In this document: positions 38,647-48,160 of the stretch, piece after piece
How positions within the stretch are numbered: position 1 is the first letter of the stretch
How the letters are laid out: the number at the start of each line of letters is the position of its first letter
Source of the DNA: Peptococcaceae bacterium 1109
GTDB lineage: Bacteria; Bacillota; Limnochordia; Darwinibacteriales; Darwinibacteriaceae
DNA: 64,000 nt
Assembly (NCBI GenBank): GCA_001028815.1
Contig: LDJB01000003.1
Span: 110,850 to 174,849 of the forward strand
Direction of reading: 5' to 3'
Translations under genes and position numbers: made by a program
Notes under the pieces: generated by a model
Databases searched by the model: none
Seen by the model: the letters and a program-made list of their open reading frames with translations, nothing else
Told to the model about the DNA's origin: nothing

Positions 38647-39690
38647 CTATTTCTCGCAGCCCACCTTAAAGACAGTTGTATGGCGATACACATCCCCTGC
38701 TCGCAAGATGGGGGATGGGAAGCTAGGCTGGTTGATGGAGTCGGGGTAGTATTGGGTCTCCAGGCAAAAGCCGGAGCGCCGAGGATATGCCCGTCCCCCT
38801 TTCCCCTCCTGCCCAGTGAGGTGGTTGCCGCTGTAAAACTGCATGCCTGGCTTAGTAGTGTAGACCTCTAACACCCGCCCGCTGCCAGGGTGGCGGACCT
38901 CTGCGGCTTTTTCTAGATCAGGCCCTGTACGCCGCAGGATGAAATTGTGGTCGTAGCCCTGCCCGTTCTTGAGCTGAGGATGATCCTCATCGATCTCTGC
39001 ACCAATCAACTTCCCAGCCCGGAAATCGAAGGGGGTGCCTCCCACCTCCTCGATCTCCCCAGTGGGAATGCAGTGAGGGTCTACGGGAACGAATTGATCC
39101 GCATTAATCTTCAGGACATGATCGAGGATGGTACCGTGGCCGTGGCCTGCTAGATTGAAATAGGCATGGTTGGTCAGGTTCACGATGGTATCTGCATCGC
39201 TCGTTGCGGTGTAGTCGATGACAAGCTCACCGTTTTCCTTGAGTGTGTACACCACCTTTACCTCAAGGTTTCCAGGATAGTTCTCTTCCCCATCGGGGCT
39301 GAAGTAAGTAAAGGCACAGGACGCAGCCTCGCCTTCCTCCGCGGCCCAGATCTTGTGGGAGAACCCTTGCTTGCCTCCATGGAGGTGGTTTTCTCCGTCG
39401 TTCTTGGCGAGGTGGTAACCTCTGCCATTTAGTTCAAAGTACGCTCCGCCGATGCGGTTCGCGTATCTTCCCACCACGGCCCCTAAGTAGCCTGGCTGAA
39501 CCTGGTATCCACCAACATCCTCATAGCCTAGAAGAATATCTCCCAGGGTGCCTTCTTTATCTGGTGCGAGCCAGGAAACCAAAGTTGCCCCATAGTTAGT
39601 GATGGAGACTTCCATGCCTCCGTTGGTCAAAGTAAACAGCTCCACAGGCTGTCCGTCCACTGCCCCGAATGGGCGGCGCTTCACTCCCAT
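38647..39690 (-). CDS. galM: aldose 1-epimerase (galactose mutarotase)
   Basis: 347 aa with GYEDVGGY..., HGGKQGFSHKIW and TNHAYFNLAGHG motifs. Confidence 0.9.
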   Translation of the reverse strand: MGVKRRPFGAVDGQPVELFTLTNGGMEVSITNYGATLVSWLAPDKEGTLGDILLGYEDVGGYQVQPGYLGAVVGRYANRIGGAYFELNGRGYHLAKNDGENHLHGGKQGFSHKIWAAEEGEAASCAFTYFSPDGEENYPGNLEVKVVYTLKENGELVIDYTATSDADTIVNLTNHAYFNLAGHGHGTILDHVLKINADQFVPVDPHCIPTGEIEEVGGTPFDFRAGKLIGAEIDEDHPQLKNGQGYDHNFILRRTGPDLEKAAEVRHPGSGRVLEVYTTKPGMQFYSGNHLTGQEGKGGRAYPRRSGFCLETQYYPDSINQPSFPSPILRAGDVYRHTTVFKVGCEK

Positions 39691-39760
39691 AAGCTTTCCC
39701 TCCCTTTAATCACTGCCTTACCTACCCAATATTCCATAAACACCCAGGCTTTCCTGCCCA

Positions 39761-39787
39761 AAAAGAAAAGCCCCCCTCCCCGGGGGT
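39761..39787 (-). terminator. GC-rich hairpin plus U-run after the outer-membrane protein gene
   Basis: Plus strand reads AAAAAGAAAAG-CCCCCC-tcccc-GGGGG; on the minus-strand RNA a C/G stem is followed by CUUUUCUUUUU. Confidence 0.45.
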
Positions 39788-39818
39788 ACCCGGTGGAGGA
39801 GAGCTCTCCCTGTCAGTG

Positions 39819-41060
39819 TTAGAAGTGGAGCCCCAAGGTAAGTGCCAGGCCTAAGCCTTTTCCTTCCTTGAGAACTAGCGAATGGAGGTTCTTTGCAGCA
39901 AGCTGCAGTTCGAATTGGTCAAAGTGCACTCCTACACCTGCATCCAGCATCAGCTGGGTTTTCTGCGAATAGCTGGCACCCACAGTGATGGGGATAAAAG
40001 GCAAAGGCCTGTACTCTACTTCCCCGCCAAACAGGGTGTCAGAAGTACCCGACTCATACCTGGTGTGGCGTACGCTCCCCCGCAGGGTAACCTGCTTGTC
40101 AAAGGCATACTCCAGCCCGAAGCGCACCCGCACAGGCAGCTTCCAGGTGATATCCTCCGCAGATCCTTCCTCTTCACCCAGCTCTTCCCCGTCGGCGAAC
40201 TCGAACTCAAACTCATTGGTCTCTGAGTTATAGCCCACCCGAGCGAGGTCCCATTCACCTTCTTTGCTCCAACGCCGCTCTTTCACATCGGTCCACACGA
40301 CTTGCCCGATGTTTTCCACACTCACATCTACCCCTAGGCGTGGGGTGATCTGCGCTGCTATGCCTGCATCAAAGGCCCAACCCTGCCCCTTCTGGGAGTG
40401 CAGGACGGATACGTCTAGATCCCGGCTTACTACCCGGGTGCCGCCATCGTCTTCGAAATAGGCGATGGTGCCGTTGAAGTCGGTTTCCCCGTAGGCGAGG
40501 CCGTAGAGGTACCGGCCGGAGATGCCCACTACTACGTCTTCAACGGGGAGATCCACGAACTGTGCTAAGGAGAAGGCTGCGGAGAGGCCGCCCTGAGCGT
40601 AGGCTCCCCCCTGCCCCTGGACTCCCGCGAGATCGATCTCAGCGTCCCCCGCTTCCAGCTCTTCCAAGGTTACGCCCTTGAAGGCCAGCTCAGCCAGTTC
40701 GCGTGGGATACGGGCTTCCGCTTCTCCCTGAGCGCCACCGTAAATGCGGAAGTTGTTGTACTGCACGTAGACGCCAGGATCGGTATAGACGTTTACCATC
40801 AACCCGTCCTCCGCGATGGACTGGGCTACTGCCAGACGTTGTTCCTCGGTCCAATGTTTGTTAAGCAAGCCCAGGAGTCGGTACCCAAAGGAGTTAGACG
40901 CCGTTTCGCCATAGAGGGAGATCCCTACAGCAAATCCACCGTCAGTGTCCACAGCCGCCGGGTTGTGGGCGAGAGCTGTACCGCCCAAGCCTGCCACAAC
41001 TAGAGCAATCAGAAGGACTAGGAATACTTGCCTTGATTTCACGGCCCTACCCCCATTCAT
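39819..41060 (-). CDS. outer-membrane beta-barrel protein (porin/FadL-like), signal peptide, C-terminal Phe
   Basis: Start ATG 41060 (MNGGRAVKSRQVFLVLLIALVVAGLGGTALA) forms an ATGA overlap with the upstream lipoprotein stop. Alternating hydrophobic strands (VRVRFGLEYAF, LMLDAGVGVHF) and the terminal LGLALTLGLHF ending in Phe are a classical OMP signature. Confidence 0.6.
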   Translation of the reverse strand: MNGGRAVKSRQVFLVLLIALVVAGLGGTALAHNPAAVDTDGGFAVGISLYGETASNSFGYRLLGLLNKHWTEEQRLAVAQSIAEDGLMVNVYTDPGVYVQYNNFRIYGGAQGEAEARIPRELAELAFKGVTLEELEAGDAEIDLAGVQGQGGAYAQGGLSAAFSLAQFVDLPVEDVVVGISGRYLYGLAYGETDFNGTIAYFEDDGGTRVVSRDLDVSVLHSQKGQGWAFDAGIAAQITPRLGVDVSVENIGQVVWTDVKERRWSKEGEWDLARVGYNSETNEFEFEFADGEELGEEEGSAEDITWKLPVRVRFGLEYAFDKQVTLRGSVRHTRYESGTSDTLFGGEVEYRPLPFIPITVGASYSQKTQLMLDAGVGVHFDQFELQLAAKNLHSLVLKEGKGLGLALTLGLHF

Positions 41061-43345
41061 TGATTTACCTTGATGAGCATGTCGGCCCAAATTCTGTACT
41101 GAAACTTATCCGCAGGTGCGATGGAAATGGGCATCTCACCAGTGCGCCCTTCTTTCGCCAGGGCGACACGCACCCGCATCTTGCCGCCTTGCTTGAGGAA
41201 GTCCTGCACATCTTCATCAACATCCAGTTCAAAGAGGGCGGTTTTCGCCTCAACGGCCCGGCCCGCATCGTTGGTCGCCGCGGCAGGAATGAGGCCTAGC
41301 TCGATGGTATAGGCATCGTCCCAGTTATCCTCATCGGGATCTGTGGACAGATCTAGCCATGCTTCAACGCCCAGCGGGATGCCGTTTGTAACCTCAGCAA
41401 ACAGGGCCGGCTTAGCGATAAACTCCAAACCCTTCTCTAGATCTGCCTGCTGGGCCACTTCCTGCTTGCCCAGGACCAAATCCTCGAACTCCTCATCGTA
41501 GTCGATGGTGAATGTGCTGCTGATTTCCACCTCCACAGTCACCTCAATGACTTCATCCAAATCGATGGCAATGGGCTCCTCAGGATCGCTCGCTACCTCA
41601 ATGCTTCCAGCCAGGGCGAGCTGCTGCGGTTCGGAGCCCAGGATGGCTAACCAATCCTCTGCCTCAGCGGTGTAAGTAGTGGTAATGCCATCGGGATCCG
41701 TTTCAGGATTGCTTAAGGTTACTGTGTATTCCTGGCTATCTGCCCCGATTACGGTCAGCTCCAGGCTGCTGAGATCAAGGGGAATCCCTGAGGGGTTCTT
41801 CAGGATGACCTGCATTTTCAGGCCGATGCCTGACAGCCAATCAAACAGCCCACTGATATCCCCCAGGCCTAGATCAAATTCCACAGGCTCGATCTCTAAG
41901 TCTTCCACGTCGATAGACTGAGGATCGATAAGCACTGTCGCCTCTGAAAGAACGATGCCCTCAAAGGACACGGTGGCAGTTACTGTGTCTCCGTCGAACT
42001 CGAGGGTGTCGCCCTCAACGTCAACCGTAACGGAGATCTCATCCTCAGCAGAGAGAACAACGCCTGCAAGATCAAAGACGTTATCATCGATTACGGTCAA
42101 GGCTTCCGAACCGCTGCTGCCCACAATCTCCACGTCAGTAACTTGCAGCGCTCCTTGGGTCAAGCCTTCGAAGGTGAAACGCAGTTCGCCTTCCTCAATT
42201 GTCAGGCTGAGGAAGCCGTTGTCTTCTGCCAGCTCATCCATGGCTTGAGTGATGGTTATGGAGTCAAAAGCACCTTGGCTGGTCACTGCCTTCACAACAT
42301 AATCAACCAAGGTCACATCCACCTGGCGTTCGTTCTCGGGCAGCGTGGATATAAGGCCTTGTTCAGGTTCGATTTCCCCTTGGATGGTGATGGTCATGCC
42401 ATTTTCCAGGGTAATTCCTGCCAAGCCGTCAACTCCTAAAATGTCATCGGCGCCCACCAGAACGCCCGTCAAGGAGACTTCTCCCTGAGCAGTCAGGTAG
42501 GGTTCTACCTCCAATGTTCCTGCATCGAAGGTTACGGAGTCAAAGGCCAGGCCGCTTAGGGAGACGTCGAACTCAAAGCCGATGGGCTCTTCAGTTTCCA
42601 ACCCTTCCACATGGGTGGCGACCAAGTCTCGAAGCTTCACCGTTATAATCAGGCTGCCCGCAGGTGGGTCCTCCCCGCCAATTATACTCAGCGTTAGAGG
42701 GCCTTCAATGGGGCCTGAGAGCGAAACAGCTTTCTCATCCGGCTGCTCTGGCAGGAGCGTTAGCAACGCCCAAGCTGCATCTGAGATGCCATCAACGGCC
42801 ATGGACTCTAGGGACAGAGATTCGGTGCCAACATACTCTAGCTCGATGACCAGGTTCCCCTCGGTGAGTTCTATTCTTTCAAAGGGAAGAACTATGTCCT
42901 CAGATACCTCCCATGGGGCAATTGCGGGAATCTCTATCTCTTCATCGTACAGCGTCATGTCATCCAGTTCTACAGCGATTTCCGGCAGGTCCAAGGTAAT
43001 GGAGCCCACATCATCCACAAACTCATCTTGGCCCACTTCTACTTCCACTTCAAATTCGGTTGGGAGAAGTTCTCCTGCTTCTGCCACTTCTCTTACTTCT
43101 ACTTGGACAGAATCGCTGAACTGCATTACCAGAGGTTCATCTTCATCGTAATCTTCTGGCAGGTAATCGCTGAGATACTCTTCGGCCAGTTCACCAACGG
43201 TAACCTCCCCGGCGATCAGGGGTACTTGCACGGGGACATCCCAGGATGGCCCGATGCGGCCGGTAACAGGATTCTTCAAGCAACCGGTGAGTGCCACTGT
43301 GAGGATTAGCAACGCTGTTAGCAAGATTTTCGTGTTTCGCACCAT
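41057..43345 (-). CDS. large highly acidic lipoprotein (762 aa, lipobox LTGC) of unknown function
   Basis: MVRNTKILLTALLILTVALTGC is a signal peptide with lipobox. The sequence is dominated by D/E-rich low-complexity stretches (EDYDEDEPL, TEFEVEVEVGQDEF, DYDEEFEDL). Translationally coupled to the OMP gene. Confidence 0.6.
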   Translation of the reverse strand: MVRNTKILLTALLILTVALTGCLKNPVTGRIGPSWDVPVQVPLIAGEVTVGELAEEYLSDYLPEDYDEDEPLVMQFSDSVQVEVREVAEAGELLPTEFEVEVEVGQDEFVDDVGSITLDLPEIAVELDDMTLYDEEIEIPAIAPWEVSEDIVLPFERIELTEGNLVIELEYVGTESLSLESMAVDGISDAAWALLTLLPEQPDEKAVSLSGPIEGPLTLSIIGGEDPPAGSLIITVKLRDLVATHVEGLETEEPIGFEFDVSLSGLAFDSVTFDAGTLEVEPYLTAQGEVSLTGVLVGADDILGVDGLAGITLENGMTITIQGEIEPEQGLISTLPENERQVDVTLVDYVVKAVTSQGAFDSITITQAMDELAEDNGFLSLTIEEGELRFTFEGLTQGALQVTDVEIVGSSGSEALTVIDDNVFDLAGVVLSAEDEISVTVDVEGDTLEFDGDTVTATVSFEGIVLSEATVLIDPQSIDVEDLEIEPVEFDLGLGDISGLFDWLSGIGLKMQVILKNPSGIPLDLSSLELTVIGADSQEYTVTLSNPETDPDGITTTYTAEAEDWLAILGSEPQQLALAGSIEVASDPEEPIAIDLDEVIEVTVEVEISSTFTIDYDEEFEDLVLGKQEVAQQADLEKGLEFIAKPALFAEVTNGIPLGVEAWLDLSTDPDEDNWDDAYTIELGLIPAAATNDAGRAVEAKTALFELDVDEDVQDFLKQGGKMRVRVALAKEGRTGEMPISIAPADKFQYRIWADMLIKVNQ

Positions 43346-43467
43346 TACACCTCATTTCATTTCGTAGTGTGTTGATAATAAATTCCACAACGCGCAGGAT
43401 TCCCCTGCGCCTAGATAAAAAACACCTGACTTTTGTGCGAAATGCACACTTGTCACGTTGGATGCCT

Positions 43468-44289
43468 TTAGACACCTGGATAGGCTTGAAATCCCCCATC
43501 CACGACTACTACAGTACCTGTTACAAAGCGGCTGGCATCTGAAGCAAGCCAAATCAAGGCCCCAACCAGCTCTTCTGCTTCTCCAAAGCGGCCCATGGGG
43601 GTGTGATCCACAATCAGCTGGCCCCGTTCGGTATACTCGCCATTTGGCTTGATCACCAGATCCCGGTTTTGATCCGCGATGAAGAAGCCTGGGGCGATGG
43701 CGTTTACACGGATCCCAGGGGAGAACTCTTGAGCCATATAGACGGCCATCCACTGGGTGAAGTTATTGATAGCGGCCTTCGCCGCAGCATAGGGCATCAC
43801 CCGGGTCATAGGCCTAAATGAAGCCGCGGAAGAAATGTTCACAACAGCACCTGAACCCTGCTTGGCCATCTCAGCCCCAAAAATGCGGGTTGGGATCACA
43901 GTGCCTAAGAGGTTCAGATCAAGAATATCCTTCAAAGCCTGCAAATCCAGATCGAAAAACGTTTGATCCTTCGTGGTGATGGCTTCCGCCTTGTTGCCCC
44001 CCGCGCCGTTTACGAGGATGTCTACGCGCCCGAAGGCTGCCATCACCTGGTCCCTGGCTGCTTTAATGCCTTCTTCGTCAAGGACGTTGGCGGTGACGCC
44101 GATCGCTTCGCCCCCCTCCCCCTTAATCCGGTCTACCATCTGGCCGACTTTGGCCTGGGTCCGGCCTAGGATGGCCACCTTGCAACCAGCCGCTGCCAGG
44201 GCACGAGCCATGGTCCCGCACAGGACTCCGCTCCCACCGGTGATCACGGCAGTACGGCCCGCAACGCTAAACAGTTCGTACACGTTCAT
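43468..44289 (-). CDS. SDR-family oxidoreductase
   Basis: TAVITGGSGVLCG Rossmann motif and a YxxxK-type active-site layout. True ATG at 44289 (273 aa). Confidence 0.8.
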   Translation of the reverse strand: MNVYELFSVAGRTAVITGGSGVLCGTMARALAAAGCKVAILGRTQAKVGQMVDRIKGEGGEAIGVTANVLDEEGIKAARDQVMAAFGRVDILVNGAGGNKAEAITTKDQTFFDLDLQALKDILDLNLLGTVIPTRIFGAEMAKQGSGAVVNISSAASFRPMTRVMPYAAAKAAINNFTQWMAVYMAQEFSPGIRVNAIAPGFFIADQNRDLVIKPNGEYTERGQLIVDHTPMGRFGEAEELVGALIWLASDASRFVTGTVVVVDGGFQAYPGV

Positions 44290-44479
44290 GCTGAACACCC
44301 TCTCCCGCGGCCTCCCCGTTCTGGGGAGGACGCCGCTGTTTTCGGACACACTAACCTCACAGCAGGAGAAACTGCTGGGGATGCAAAAGCATGGTACGTA
44401 TTACGTTCTGCGCCTCTATTCCATTTCCTTCCCATTAGTTAGACTTCGCGAAAAAAACCCAAAAGGAAGTGATTACTTC

Positions 44480-45037
44480 ATGGAACACCGTGCAGTCTTC
44501 CTCGACCGAGATGGCGTCCTAAATCGATCTATCGGCAAGCGCCCCCCAAATACCCCTGAGGAGCTGGAAATGCTGCCAGGGGCCGCCAAGGCAGTAAAAG
44601 AGCTTAACGATGCAGGCTTCAAAGTGTTTGTTGTGACCAATCAAGGGGGAGTTGCCTTAGGGTATATGACCAAAGAAGACCTAGAAGCAATCCACGCCCG
44701 GCTCCAGGAGGAAGTGGCCCGGGAAGGAGGAGTCATTCACGAGATCGCAGCGTGCACTCACCGTCCATGGGCTAAGTGCAATTGCCGGAAACCAAAACCG
44801 GGCATGCTGATTCAGCTCGCCCGGCGACACAAGATCGATTTGGAAAACAGTTTTATGGTTGGCGACAGGGAGATGGATATCCTCGCTGGCCAAGGGGCCG
44901 GTACCACCACTATCCTAGTAGGTGATGGAGAAGAAGAAACGACCGCAGACTACGCAGTGGCAGACCTTGCGGAAGCCGCTAGGCTAATTATTGAGCAGCT
45001 CGGGCCACAGCTTCCACCGCAAGGAGGTAAGAGTTAA
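44480..45037 (+). CDS. gmhB: D-glycero-D-manno-heptose 1,7-bisphosphate phosphatase (HAD-IIIA, GmhB-like)
   Basis: FLDRDGVLN, the [18 protein letters not shown] zinc motif and [13 protein letters not shown] at 44480. The track ORF from 43973 is an over-extension antisense to the SDR gene. 3' end overlaps convergent aroQ by 50 bp. Confidence 0.7.
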   Translation: MEHRAVFLDRDGVLNRSIGKRPPNTPEELEMLPGAAKAVKELNDAGFKVFVVTNQGGVALGYMTKEDLEAIHARLQEEVAREGGVIHEIAACTHRPWAKCNCRKPKPGMLIQLARRHKIDLENSFMVGDREMDILAGQGAGTTTILVGDGEEETTADYAVADLAEAARLIIEQLGPQLPPQGGKS

Positions 45038-45428
45038 CGCCAAACCCACTGATCTGGCCCATGCACACAGGGGCGATCACAGAGGTGTGGCGAAAGGGTT
45101 CCCGCGCGTAGATGTTGCTCATGTGAACCTCAACAGTCTTTAGCCCCACAGCGCCAATCGCGTCCCGCAGGGCATAGCTGTAGTGGGTTAGGGCCCCAGC
45201 GTTGATAATCAGCCACTCAAACCTGCCATGGGCTGCATGAATGCGGTCAATGATGGCTCCTTCATGGTTAGACTGGAAGAACTCTAGTTCTAAGCCCAGT
45301 TCTCCCCCGCGCTCTGCCATGAAAGCGTTTACTTCTTCCAAGGTCAAGTTCCCGTAAATCTGAGGTTCCCTTAAGCCCAAGAGGTTGAGGTTGGGCCCGT
45401 GAACTACCAAAACACGCTTTTTAGCCAT
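44988..45428 (-). CDS. aroQ: 3-dehydroquinate dehydratase, type II
   Basis: [22 protein letters not shown] ... [18 protein letters not shown] is the canonical type II DHQase sequence. Confidence 0.9.
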   Translation of the reverse strand: MAKKRVLVVHGPNLNLLGLREPQIYGNLTLEEVNAFMAERGGELGLELEFFQSNHEGAIIDRIHAAHGRFEWLIINAGALTHYSYALRDAIGAVGLKTVEVHMSNIYAREPFRHTSVIAPVCMGQISGFGVNSYLLAVEAVARAAQ

Positions 45429-46263
45429 TTCCTTTCAACTCCTGCAGTGATGCTAAGACTTGCCAGATGGCTTCCTCTGGAACGGGACGCCCCAGCCAGA
45501 ACTCCTGGGCTGCAGCAGCTTGGAAGACTAACATGGGGAGCCCGTTGAGGACCTTTAGGCCTAGTTCCTGCCCTTGGCGGAGAAGCCTGGTCTGGGGCGG
45601 GTTGTAGATCAGGTCGTAAACACACGTGACGCCCTTGAGATCCTCCAGATTGATTGGGCGCTCTCCTTGAGGCGCGCCCATCCCAACGGGGGTGGCATTT
45701 ACCACCACATCATATGTTCCCTGGGAAAGATTAACCCAGGGAAGGGCCGCGATCTCAAGGTGCGGGAAGCGGGACGTAATTTCTTCTGCCAGCCCCTCTG
45801 CAGTGGACAAAGTGCGGCTGCCAATGGTTAGGCTGCAGCCCATCTCCGCGAGTTCGTAGGCTGCCACTCGAGCCGCTCCCCCCGCCCCCAAGAGGAGTAC
45901 CGCTGAACCTGCAAGTTCCCAGCCCAAAAGCTGCAAGCCTGCAGTAAACCCCGCCCCATCCGTATTGTGGCCTATAAGCTTCCCTGCCTCGCACTTCACC
46001 GTGTTCACTGCTCCATACCGCTCGGCGGCGGGAGTAAGCTCGTCCACCAGATCCATGACTGCCCGTTTGTGGGGAATGGTAATGTTGAACCCCCGGAAGT
46101 TGCCCCGGAGGATATCCACTGCCCCCTCGAGCTGCCTAGGGGTAATATGCAGGGCGATGTAGGCGCTGCCCTCAAAGCCCTGCATCTGAAACAGCTGAGT
46201 GTGGATTATCGGTGACCAACTCTGGGCGATGGGATCACCTACCACCCCGTACAGATTCTGCAC
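45421..46263 (-). CDS. aroE: shikimate dehydrogenase
   Basis: [17 protein letters not shown] ... GFNITIPHK ... [12 protein letters not shown]. Confidence 0.9.
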   Translation of the reverse strand: MQNLYGVVGDPIAQSWSPIIHTQLFQMQGFEGSAYIALHITPRQLEGAVDILRGNFRGFNITIPHKRAVMDLVDELTPAAERYGAVNTVKCEAGKLIGHNTDGAGFTAGLQLLGWELAGSAVLLLGAGGAARVAAYELAEMGCSLTIGSRTLSTAEGLAEEITSRFPHLEIAALPWVNLSQGTYDVVVNATPVGMGAPQGERPINLEDLKGVTCVYDLIYNPPQTRLLRQGQELGLKVLNGLPMLVFQAAAAQEFWLGRPVPEEAIWQVLASLQELKGNG

Positions 46264-46276
46264 AGAAGCACCTCTT

Positions 46277-48160
46277 TCATCCTTGCTCAGTGAGCACTGA
46301 AATGATCTCCCTTAGAGTTTGGCTAGCATCGCCCTCAACAAACAAACAGTGAGGCATGTTGTAAAGGGCATTGGGCACACCTGCATAGCCAGGGGATCTG
46401 TCAAGGTTGCAAACCACCACATGCCTGGCATCGCTCACACTTAAGATAGGCATTCCATAGATGGGAGTCCCTTCTGCCGTTTGCGCGGCGGGATTAACCA
46501 CGTCATTGGCCCCCACAACTAATACCACATCCGTACTGCTAAACTCAGGATTGATTTCATCCAGTGTGTAGAGCATGTCGTAAGGTATGTCAACCTCCGC
46601 AAGAAGGACATTCATATGGCCTGGCATTCGCCCTGCCACAGGGTGGATCCCGATTTTAACCTGGATGCCGCGGCCTTGCAGGACATCCACCAGCTCCCTC
46701 ACTTGGTGCTGAGCTGCAGCGAGGGCCATGCCGTAGCCAGGGACGATTATCACTTGCTCTGCTTGGGAAAGGAACTTCCCAGCCTCAGCGGAGGGCCTTC
46801 CGCCCGCCACTTCCTTTTGAGGCTGTCTAAGGAAACCCAAGACCTTCTCCAAAGTCTCTTTGGCATCGCCTAAAAGGAGGCTCACATGGGGCTCTTCGTA
46901 AAGGGAATTAGGAACTCCTGCATAGCCAGGCTGGGTGTCGTAGTTAAGCACCATGACGTGCTTGGCCAGATCCGCCCGGATAATGGGCATCCCATAGATG
47001 GGAGTGCCTGGTTGAGCCATAGCCGCAGGGTTCACCACATCATTTGCCCCTACCACGATGGCAAGATCGGCCCCAGGAAGGAACTCATTGATGGCCTCCA
47101 TATCGTGTAGCTTCTCGTAAGGAACATCCACCTCAGCAAGGAGGACATTCATATGTCCCGGCATGCGCCCTGCCACGGGATGAATGCCCACCTTCACCTC
47201 TTTATGGCCCGCCTCAAGCAGATCGATGAGCTCCTTCACCTGAAGCTGGGCTTGAGCTACGGCCATGCCGTAACCAGGAATAATGGCCACCCGCTCAGCT
47301 TCAGCCAGGGCCTGCTCCCACTGGCAAGCAGAAGCTGCCTGGGTGGGGGCTTCCAGCCCTGATTCCCGAGAAGGGGTACCTGTCACAGTAGTGCGCCCCG
47401 TCAAAATGCTCAAGAGGCTGCGGTTCATTGCCCTGCACATGATCTGCGTTAAGATAAACCCAGAGGCCCCAACAATCCCGCCCACTGCCACCAGAAGCGG
47501 ATTCTTAAGTGGAAAGCCCGCGATCGCTCCCGCGACGCCCGACAGAGAGTTCAACAGAGAGATGGTAATGGGCATGTCTGCTCCGCCCACCCGCATGGTA
47601 AGCAGGACTCCAAAGACCAGTGCGAGGATGAGCTGTACGAACGCTGCGGTGCGCCCTGCAAAGAAAAGTGAAGCCAAGGATAGCACCGTCACCACCGTAA
47701 CCACTGCGGCGTGCCGGGGTAGTTCCTGGGGCCTTTGGCTTACTACGCCATGGAGCTTGGCTGCTGCCAGCGCACTGCCGCCAAACGTTAGGGCTCCTAC
47801 TGCAATTGTAAGCCCCGTGGTAAAATGGGCAAAGGCCCCCACCGCTTCCCCTTGGAGGGCAAGGACCAAGCCCACCAGTGCCGAGGCACCGCCCCCAAGC
47901 CCGTTTAGGGCTGCCACCATCTGGGGCATCTGGATCATCAGAACCTTTACCGCGGCAACCCAGCCCAGGGCTGTCCCTACCCCGAGCCCCGCCCAAAGGA
48001 GGGGATAGGTAAGGATGCCTGCTTCAAGCAAAGCAACAGCGATGGCTGCTAGCATCGCGCCCGCGCCTAAGGCGTTTCCCAGAACTGCAGTCTTGGGGGA
48101 ACTCATTAACTTAATCCCGTAGAGCATCAAGGCAGCGAAGCACAGGAGAAGGTAGTTCAC
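46277..48160 (-). CDS. pntB: NAD(P) transhydrogenase subunit beta with tandemly duplicated dIII (NADP(H)-binding) domain
   Basis: 627 aa instead of ~460: a TM domain (~250 aa) is followed by two ~155-aa copies of the dIII domain (IIPGYGMAVAQAQ...GRMPGHMNVLLAEV...VVGANDVVNPAA... and IVPGYGMALAAAQ...GRMPGHMNVLLAEV...VVGANDVVNPAA...). Copies lie at about 46841-47305 and 46301-46765. Confidence 0.85.
   Translation of the reverse strand: MNYLLLCFAALMLYGIKLMSSPKTAVLGNALGAGAMLAAIAVALLEAGILTYPLLWAGLGVGTALGWVAAVKVLMIQMPQMVAALNGLGGGASALVGLVLALQGEAVGAFAHFTTGLTIAVGALTFGGSALAAAKLHGVVSQRPQELPRHAAVVTVVTVLSLASLFFAGRTAAFVQLILALVFGVLLTMRVGGADMPITISLLNSLSGVAGAIAGFPLKNPLLVAVGGIVGASGFILTQIMCRAMNRSLLSILTGRTTVTGTPSRESGLEAPTQAASACQWEQALAEAERVAIIPGYGMAVAQAQLQVKELIDLLEAGHKEVKVGIHPVAGRMPGHMNVLLAEVDVPYEKLHDMEAINEFLPGADLAIVVGANDVVNPAAMAQPGTPIYGMPIIRADLAKHVMVLNYDTQPGYAGVPNSLYEEPHVSLLLGDAKETLEKVLGFLRQPQKEVAGGRPSAEAGKFLSQAEQVIIVPGYGMALAAAQHQVRELVDVLQGRGIQVKIGIHPVAGRMPGHMNVLLAEVDIPYDMLYTLDEINPEFSSTDVVLVVGANDVVNPAAQTAEGTPIYGMPILSVSDARHVVVCNLDRSPGYAGVPNALYNMPHCLFVEGDASQTLREIISVLTEQG

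Noticed and set aside
42582-43151. 189-aa Ser-rich plus-strand ORF
   Set aside because: Antisense to the D/E-rich lipoprotein gene (GAN codons read backwards give TCN serine codons). This is an expected artefact.
43973-44479. N-terminal extension of the gmhB ORF (Ala/Pro/Arg-rich)
   Set aside because: It is antisense to the SDR gene. GmhB homologues start at [12 protein letters not shown] (ATG 44480).
47283-48008. 241-aa plus-strand ORF (Ala/Pro/Arg-rich)
   Set aside because: Antisense to pntB.
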